A DNA stretch of 64,000 nucleotides from NCBI GenBank assembly GCA_045643725.1, contig JAZRFQ010000043.1, positions 1,677-65,676 of the forward strand, read 5' to 3'. Below the pieces are notes generated by a model, which worked only from the letters and a program-made list of their open reading frames with translations, did not search any database and was not told where the DNA came from. Position numbers and translations under genes: made by a program. Within the stretch, counting starts at the first letter, position 1; each line of letters starts with the position of its first letter. The DNA comes from Eubacteriales bacterium (GTDB taxonomy: Bacteria; Bacillota; Clostridia; Oscillospirales; CAG-272). Shown here one piece after another: positions 56,301-61,689 of the stretch.

Positions 56301-58583
56301 GATATAGCCCTGCTCGTCAACGGTGGTCAGACCCTGATTGGTCTTGTTATCGCTGACGCCCTCGGTCATAACGTATGCAGATACGTCGTAGGAAAGGGGC
56401 GCGCTTCCGAAGTTCTTAACGGCAAAGTTGAGGGTGTAAACACCGCTCTTGGCAGGATCGTCGCCAAGCTCGAGCTTGGTCTTATCCATTTCATTGCCGT
56501 TTCTGTAGGTAACTATGTATGCCTTGGTGTTTGCGATGTTATCGAGATTTGCAAGACCTGCGCCCTGCGTTCTTACCGCGTAGGGCAGACCGTTGGTGTT
56601 ATAAACGATATCCGCGGTGGACATCATAAGCTGGTTGACGAATGCAGTAACCTTGACGGCGTCATTCGCGATCTCGGGGAAATTCTCAACCACGTACTGA
56701 CGGATGAGTGCAGTAACGCCCGCGATGTTGGGGGAAGCCATCGACGTACCGGACTGACGGTCATAGCTCTGACCGGGAACCGAGGAGTAGATCATACCGC
56801 CGTGCGCGGTGATCTCGGGTTTAATGCCGAGGTCGGGAGTGGGGCCCCAGGAGGAGAAGTCGGACATGAAGGGGCCGGATTTCTGCGCTCTCGAGAGCTT
56901 GAGCGTACCCGAGCCCTGTGCGGCGAGCATCTCACCGTTGTCACGGTCGATAGAACAAGCGCCGAGCTTTGCCTCGCCGACGTTCATCTTGATCTCACCC
57001 GAGGTATTGTTATAAATGATGATACCCGCAGCGCCCTTTGACTGTGCTACGTTCGCCTTCTCCTCGAAGGTCGTCGAGCCACGGCGCACGAGAACGATCT
57101 TGCCGCTGACGTCGAGACCGGTATAGTCGGCAGAACGTCCGACACCGGGGATGGTGACGTACTCGATCTCCATCTCGTCAACGCCGTCAGGCATTATATC
57201 GTCGTAGAAGTTCTTCTCTTCACTGACTCGGTCGGTGGACTCTGCGAAGTACACGATCTTGTCACCATAGAGAAGGTAGGGAGTCTTGGTACCGCTGATA
57301 GATGCGACCGACATCGCACCCTCGTAGGTGGAGGGAGAGCCGACGGTAGCGCTATCGGGGTTGGAGGTAAGACCGAGGTTACCGTTCTTCTCGGAGCCGT
57401 AGGTGGAGTTGTAGCTGTTAGACGCCGCAACTACCATACTGATTCCGGTCGCACGGATTCTGTCGTAAACTCCGTCTACCGCCTCCTTGTCCATCTCACG
57501 GCTGAAGCCGCAGCTGGTACCGATGGACATATTGATGACGTCAACGCCGAGAACTACGCAGTCCTCAAGAGCGCTGAGTATCCAAGAGGTACGCGCGGTG
57601 GATACAACGTCGGAGAATATCTTCATGATAGCGAGCTGTGCGTTGGGAGCAACGCCGGTTATCACGTCGTCCTTACCGGCGATAACGCCGGCAACGTGAG
57701 TACCGTGCTCACTTGCAGAGGGAGTCATGGGATATACGTCGGGATCGTAGTCTGCATAGTCAAAGGCGAAAGGAACCTTATCATTAAGGTAGACGTCGGA
57801 TGCCGTAAGTCCCGAATGAAGCTTATTTGCCTTGGTGTCGGAGACCAATTTCTCAACGTCGGAGAAGGTCATACCGAGCTTGGATCTGTCCGCAGTAAAG
57901 TTATCAACAGAAAAAGCGGTGTGGTTATAGTCGAGACCGGTATCGAGAACGGCAACGACCATTCCGGTTCCGTCGTATGCGAACGAGGAGCTGTCGAAGA
58001 TACCCGTGTCGTATACGTTGACCTTGTTCTCAACAAGGAGAGTCTCGCAGGTGTTGTACTCGTCGCCCACGATGATATCGGCTCTGTCGCCGATAGCCTT
58101 GCGGAGCGTCTCAAAGTCGCCTGCCTTTATAACCATCTCGAATCCGCCGAATACCGCCTTGTAATCAGCGCCGAGATCGTAATTTATGTTCTTACCCTCA
58201 AGGGATGCGAGAATAGAGCTCTTCTCCTCGAGGATATCCTCTGCAAGAAGCTCTGCCTCCTCGGAGTAGGCATACTCGCTAAAGGACATAGCTCTGTCGC
58301 CCGCCTCATAGGCGTCGAGGAGCGAATCCTTCTTAACTCGTATTATCACCGATATATCGTCGGTGTCCTTCACCGTGCTGGGAAGCTTGTACACCGCCGA
58401 GCTATCAAAAAATTTGCTTATGTCGTTGAGAACGTCGCCCTCAACCAATTTAATGATAGATTCGGTAATGCCGGCTGTCAGCTTCTGTATCAGAATTCCG
58501 CCTGCGGAAAATACGATTGCCAGAAGGAGCAGCACCGCCGTTGCTACACGCAACGGGCTCATCCATTTGCTTGATTTCGCCAT
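50334..58583 (-). CDS. Giant cell-envelope subtilisin-like (S8) serine protease with a PA domain, Ig-like domains, a long BspA-type LRR array, a TM hairpin and a C-terminal Listeria-Bacteroides-repeat-like domain
   Basis: The catalytic triad motifs are VAVLDTGLDYNH (Asp), EHGTHVAGVIAG (His) and SGTSMASPNIAGV (Ser). The PA-like insert is GKIVLVRRGSTTFEEKANVAQSKGAAGIIIYNN. Many LRR_5 units are present (for example IPEGVKTINSYAFANLTKLTKVVLPSTLERIDFGAFYGCTSL). There are two late TM segments, and VTFDSNGGTF...HTFAGWY occurs near the C-terminus. Confidence 0.9.
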   Translation of the reverse strand: MAKSSKWMSPLRVATAVLLLLAIVFSAGGILIQKLTAGITESIIKLVEGDVLNDISKFFDSSAVYKLPSTVKDTDDISVIIRVKKDSLLDAYEAGDRAMSFSEYAYSEEAELLAEDILEEKSSILASLEGKNINYDLGADYKAVFGGFEMVIKAGDFETLRKAIGDRADIIVGDEYNTCETLLVENKVNVYDTGIFDSSSFAYDGTGMVVAVLDTGLDYNHTAFSVDNFTADRSKLGMTFSDVEKLVSDTKANKLHSGLTASDVYLNDKVPFAFDYADYDPDVYPMTPSASEHGTHVAGVIAGKDDVITGVAPNAQLAIMKIFSDVVSTARTSWILSALEDCVVLGVDVINMSIGTSCGFSREMDKEAVDGVYDRIRATGISMVVAASNSYNSTYGSEKNGNLGLTSNPDSATVGSPSTYEGAMSVASISGTKTPYLLYGDKIVYFAESTDRVSEEKNFYDDIMPDGVDEMEIEYVTIPGVGRSADYTGLDVSGKIVLVRRGSTTFEEKANVAQSKGAAGIIIYNNTSGEIKMNVGEAKLGACSIDRDNGEMLAAQGSGTLKLSRAQKSGPFMSDFSSWGPTPDLGIKPEITAHGGMIYSSVPGQSYDRQSGTSMASPNIAGVTALIRQYVVENFPEIANDAVKVTAFVNQLMMSTADIVYNTNGLPYAVRTQGAGLANLDNIANTKAYIVTYRNGNEMDKTKLELGDDPAKSGVYTLNFAVKNFGSAPLSYDVSAYVMTEGVSDNKTNQGLTTVDEQGYILGGAKVEITSISGAEQNGMNITVGAGATANVTVTITLSDADKKYLDDSFANGMYVEGFIVLDAAEESVVDLSVPYLAFYGDWTQAPIFDLDYFETSKDELDDSIDLLDKTLPDAYASRPIGSVQSDYVSYLGSFYFVQNPTTTQIAADRKYISLSNQEGTVHELSNVWAGLLRNCAKIEITITDDATGEVVFSKVDTDIRKSYGDGGSIYPADVEIGFDAYEHNLKNNTTYTVKLQAYLDYGDGGVDTNLKNTFEFPLTADFQAPAVTDCEFYTEYDRTNNRTRLFAKVAVYDNHYSMALQVGYVKNSSDGYMLETFDQYLTPIYSEKNSTTYVVYELTDYVDDIKRGAVNKNSFTVATYDYALNTATYEIQLPDDFDSFYFEEESLTLSPNQVYTLRPMSYPGTEWTELLDYVSTNKKVARIVGNKIVTDAPGETVIIARDPATNKQVTMNLTVLGPDDEGYRKYDKPVTDDFALTGYMTNKAFYFLSTEEREIGSAGDEMKFTEGYFLSMYPSESVTLRYRLTEFYPDITDVVAVSSNSDLVKVDKIGGEWVITAWAEGFASVNVNVVMDGKSTYYSQTISIEIKDPYITTGPSLTHYFGNGGVVEIPKTLGITDIGQFAFSNFDYVDKGPDDEISEDDPTETKQWFIGENTIETVIIPEGVKTINSYAFANLTKLTKVVLPSTLERIDFGAFYGCTSLTTVEGLENVKFINRSAFEGCALRGNISLDSVVAIADGAFAGNKKLESITLGAGLQSVGAYAFSGNTAMKKVTINAPIIKLGQYAFDGCTALEEISINAAVIPAAAFNECTSLKTITLGRDVAVIGEYAFSNCSATTFVVDPENPTLSASADGRYITNKAGDTLVHVAPGIKGEFVVNDPKITTIGAGAFSGNYRGITKVVIPSVTVVSDYAFAYCERLTSVELGALTHIGDYAFYRTSLKSVPSLDKIDRIGAYAFAYTDVTSLVVRDGMTVGQGAFRECKSLASITIGNNVKIESDAFRLDRETNFSENHGSYVGIDGLKVYYYIYTSPLHSLIIGEDVNIGSGAFMGAAELESVTLGAGAVIGDNAFFNTPMLKNIDLSQVKSIGAGAFSGDVLYEFRDINMSEAHIGPDREYVYRYYAPALTSIDLSSVEHIGIGAFEFCRELTSVKLGEAITEIPERCFNYCEKLADINLSGIKVVGDNAFCETALAGEIDLSSAENIGKFAFVYNDEITKIILGETGAVIGEGAFSYCSKLDGVENIEHVSVVGDYAFAYTALTSVDLTGAISIGDFAFLKEEMTPFSVILGANLADIGENPFAMCKLVAFESTVTETFGKEEFTKLTLTYDISDAVKVIDGMLYRVVPNGLELITYAGDAVMITIPEGTVRISAQAFIGSKITNVVLPSTLKSIGHKAFYGCDKLAMVSFASYDAPVLEEEYDYSYWLSAENLPATGNYQYQDAFTGEIVTYPGLEIVPYFMWNATEAPSVIYYGANFSDYIGRVDQNITMVRPTNGVGYDSFIFDQYFVLTVAGGAAADSTTLAAIEAINRIPETVTLKDKEIVVAARAAYDKITSGTQRDLVTNYEILQKAEQMIEDLEYLAGGNKPAGPTDPVVNGDAGLRAALTAVIIAVIVLALCLIALIIYLIYFIKSVKSGAYSSRNASDNKDSGADDSERELSDEEYEDEVLSTTEDSYEECKDDAPFEKVIYDSPVDFEDITEGYVDKDAIRKKRKLLYIITGAVGALLLAAAIVAVILGAGKSKFDNMVNAGYTVSVTFDSNGGTFRGSKSSIIDFYKPEQIGANGITILAPDDSRRDKNNVMTVTKAEHTFAGWYRERELIDPSDPSKGYTYYGKWDFENDKITIDPGKSYDPDESVLTLYAAWIPYCTFEIYAEDGVTLLSTVSAISLTIPETENGKDIAYGSFPEREGYTLKGVYYLDSGIKLAGGTSIESEVDPETATLKTPVIKLYTEWEQNEVTDIDDLADNAVIAQSPKADDDGTEPVVTGAAG

Positions 58584-58651
58584 TATTTCAGTTACCTTTC
58601 ATTGTGGGCGAGCGTCGGACATTCGCGCGCCCGGATTTATTAAACAAAAGA

Positions 58652-58680
58652 ATTATAGCACACACGCGCGCAAAACGCAA
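58652..58680 (-). promoter_or_regulatory. Candidate promoter for the giant protease gene
   Basis: The minus strand reads TTGCGT, a 17-nt spacer, then TATAAT with a TGC extended -10. Confidence 0.4.
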
Positions 58681-58721
58681 GAATTATTTGACACAAATAC
58701 GATATTTTTTAAATCTTTTTA

Positions 58722-58749
58722 TTGACTTTTTAAAAACTTGTGTTATAAT
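58722..58749 (+). promoter_or_regulatory. Promoter for the thioredoxin-fusion/Cys-repeat operon
   Basis: TTGACT (58722-58727), a 16-nt spacer, then TGT-TATAAT (extended -10, 58741-58749). Confidence 0.55.
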
Positions 58750-58826
58750 ATAAAGTGGACTAATATTGCCTTTTTGCAGTTATATGCAGAAAGCAAGTAG
58801 ATCAAAACAAAAAAAGGAGCATGTTT

Positions 58827-61664
58827 ATGAAAAGATTTCTCCATCTTGCTACGACGGTACTGTTGCTTATTGCTATGGTTCTGTCGCTGTGCACGACCAT
58901 GATCGGTTGTGACAATTCAACCAACGATCCTACCCCTAGCGGCCCCTCCGGCGATGGCGGCAATGGCGGTAGCGGAGGCGGCGGAGGCGATACTCCCCCT
59001 GCTTCGAAGGTTACCTATTCGATAAGTGTTAAGACCATCGGCGGCCTTGGCCTCGCCGACATAACCTATGGTATCTACGATGGCGAGGATCTAAAGGCCT
59101 ACGGTAAGACCGACAAGAACGGTTACGCGACCGTAGATCTCGTACCCTCCGACAATTACAGCGTCGAGCTCTCCACCTCGAGCCTCGAAGGATACAACGC
59201 AGAGGAAAGATATCCCTTCGTTGAGAGAACGGCTAATATCGTACTCTCCTCCTCTGTAATTGAAGACACCGACCTCACCGGCGTTTACTACGAGCTCGGT
59301 GACGTTATGAGAGACTTCACGGTTACCACCATCGACGGCGAGACCTTCACCCTCTCCGAGGTTCTCAAGACCAAGAAGGCCGTCCTCATCAACTTCTGGT
59401 ACTCCACCTGCAGCCCCTGCATCAACGAGTTCCCCTTCATGGATTCGGCTTATCAGAAGTATCAGGATGACATCGCTGTCATCGCAATCAACAACTATGC
59501 CGGTGATGCCGCAGATGACGTTAAGATCTTCCAGTCTACTATGGGACTCACTATTCCTTTAGCAAAGGATTATTCCCAGCTTGGATCAGCGTTTAACGTA
59601 GCATACTATCCCACCTCTATCATAGTTGACCGTTACGGCACTATCTGCCTTATCGAGGTCGGCGGACTCACCAGCGAGAAGCCCTTCATTGCGGCATTCG
59701 AGCACTTCTCCGCTACCGATTATCAGCAGAAGCTCATCACATCCTTCGAGGAGCTCACTCCCGCAGAGCTTCCCGACGTAGAGATGCCCTCCTCCGACGA
59801 GATCGGTGCGGCTCTCAACGGCGAGGGCTTCAGCGCGATCTACACCCCCGAGACCGAGTCTGCGAACTCCGAGTACTCCTGGCCCTTCCTCGTCGGCGAG
59901 ATCGACGGTGAGAAATTCGTCTACACCTCCAACTCCTACAAGGACAGCTCCTACGCGGCAATGCACGCAGAAATCAATCTCAAGGCAGGTCAGGCTCTCG
60001 CAGTTGACTGGCTCGCAGACACCGAGCTTGGCGCGGACATTCTATTCATTCTCGTAGACGGCAAGGACATCTATCAGCTCTCCGGTACCAGCGATGAGTG
60101 GGAGACTTTATATCCTTACGTCGCTACCGAGGACGGAACATATAAGGTTTCCTTCGTATACGTAAAGGATGAGGACACCGACGTGGGATACGACCGCGTT
60201 TACCTCAGGAACATGCGCGCCGTTGATCTCAGTCAGGTAGATCGCGAGACGTACATTCCCCGTCAGGCTGCTACCAAGCCCAACGCTAACGGCCTTGGCT
60301 TCCAGCAGTATATCACTCCCGTTTTCAATCCTATCGACGGTTACTACCACGTTGGAACTGCAGACGGTCCCCTCATTCTTGTAAATCTCATGGGCTCTAC
60401 CCAGCTTTCCAAGGACGCGTCTCTTAACGATCTCGGTTATAACGGCGAGCTTGTTGACAGCCAGGGTGACGTCTACGAGATTCTCGTAAACTACTGTAAC
60501 TACGCTATCAACGGTACTCTCTACGGCTACAGCCCCGTAACCCAGGAGCTCAAGGAGCTTCTCGACAGAGCTGCAGACAAGATCGGCTTCGAGCCCGGTA
60601 ACCCCAATCAGTGGCTCCAGGCCTGCGAGTATTACGACGCTTACGCTACCGGCGGCAAGCAGCTCGATGACCCCGTCAAGGGCATTGCGTTCTTCGCGGC
60701 ATTCGATACCATTGTATCTACCGATTCCGAGGTTAAGTACAACACCGTTAAGTACGACGGCCGCGTTATTATGCCTCGCGGACTCAAGTACAAGTTCGTT
60801 CCCGCCGTATCCGGCGCATACCTCATCAAGTCGCAGTCCGACGATCAGGTAGACGGCTGGCTGTTCGACGAGAACTGTGAGCTTATCTACACCGCAGAGA
60901 TAGTTCACCGTCCCTACGGCGGCAAGCCTGTCGATACTATCAACGTGAGCATGATCCACTACTTCGAGGCAGGCAAGACCTACTACATCGATATCGCTTA
61001 CTACGATATTTACGCAGAGGGCGAGTTCACCTTCACCGTTGAGTATCTTGGCGAGACCTATCAGCAGTTCCACCTTGCATCTCCCGGCTATTACACCTAC
61101 ATCGAGAGCACTACCGGTCAGGTAAACAGCTATACCGCCGGCGGTATCAACGTTAAGCTTGGCGCAGACGGCTACTACCACGAGCTCCTTGCAGACGGCT
61201 CTCTCGGATCTATCGTTTACGCAGACTTCAAGTTTGCTACCGCAGTATCCAGTCACTCTATTCTCAAGGCTATCGAGCTCGGCGCGTTTGACTTCAGATA
61301 CAACGAGACCGACGATATGGTTGTCGCAAAGCTCGAGGAGCTCGGCGGTGACATTGACGCCTGCCGCAAATACTACCAGGAGCTCTGGGGCGAGTCCTAC
61401 GCAGAGTGGGAAGCCATCTATAAGCTCGAAGAAGTGCTTGCAGGCAAGTACCACGGCGGCGGAGATGATCTCACAGACGAGATCTCCGAATATATAAGCA
61501 AGATGATTGCCTATAGCAGCGCAAGTCCCGAGCTTGAGGGATGCGTTCCCGTAGATGCCGAGCTTGCAAAGATCCTTCAGGCGTTCATGGATAAGTTCTC
61601 CTTCTCCGGTGTCAAAGACTCCTGGACCAAGCTCTGCTACTACTACAAGAACATTGCTCCGTAA
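58827..61664 (+). CDS. Lipoprotein fusing a TlpA/ResA-like extracytoplasmic thioredoxin domain to large beta-rich domains of unknown function
   Basis: MKRFLHLATTVLLLIAMVLSLCTTMIGC supplies the lipobox, followed by a G/S/P linker. The thioredoxin fold region reads KAVLINFWYSTCSPCINEFPFM...YYPTSIIVDRYG, with CSPC as the active site. About 650 aa follow with no motif I recognise. The ATG at 58827 lies 7 nt after GGAG. Confidence 0.8.
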   Translation: MKRFLHLATTVLLLIAMVLSLCTTMIGCDNSTNDPTPSGPSGDGGNGGSGGGGGDTPPASKVTYSISVKTIGGLGLADITYGIYDGEDLKAYGKTDKNGYATVDLVPSDNYSVELSTSSLEGYNAEERYPFVERTANIVLSSSVIEDTDLTGVYYELGDVMRDFTVTTIDGETFTLSEVLKTKKAVLINFWYSTCSPCINEFPFMDSAYQKYQDDIAVIAINNYAGDAADDVKIFQSTMGLTIPLAKDYSQLGSAFNVAYYPTSIIVDRYGTICLIEVGGLTSEKPFIAAFEHFSATDYQQKLITSFEELTPAELPDVEMPSSDEIGAALNGEGFSAIYTPETESANSEYSWPFLVGEIDGEKFVYTSNSYKDSSYAAMHAEINLKAGQALAVDWLADTELGADILFILVDGKDIYQLSGTSDEWETLYPYVATEDGTYKVSFVYVKDEDTDVGYDRVYLRNMRAVDLSQVDRETYIPRQAATKPNANGLGFQQYITPVFNPIDGYYHVGTADGPLILVNLMGSTQLSKDASLNDLGYNGELVDSQGDVYEILVNYCNYAINGTLYGYSPVTQELKELLDRAADKIGFEPGNPNQWLQACEYYDAYATGGKQLDDPVKGIAFFAAFDTIVSTDSEVKYNTVKYDGRVIMPRGLKYKFVPAVSGAYLIKSQSDDQVDGWLFDENCELIYTAEIVHRPYGGKPVDTINVSMIHYFEAGKTYYIDIAYYDIYAEGEFTFTVEYLGETYQQFHLASPGYYTYIESTTGQVNSYTAGGINVKLGADGYYHELLADGSLGSIVYADFKFATAVSSHSILKAIELGAFDFRYNETDDMVVAKLEELGGDIDACRKYYQELWGESYAEWEAIYKLEEVLAGKYHGGGDDLTDEISEYISKMIAYSSASPELEGCVPVDAELAKILQAFMDKFSFSGVKDSWTKLCYYYKNIAP

Positions 61665-61689
61665 TATATACAGAATGTGAGGTTTTTGT

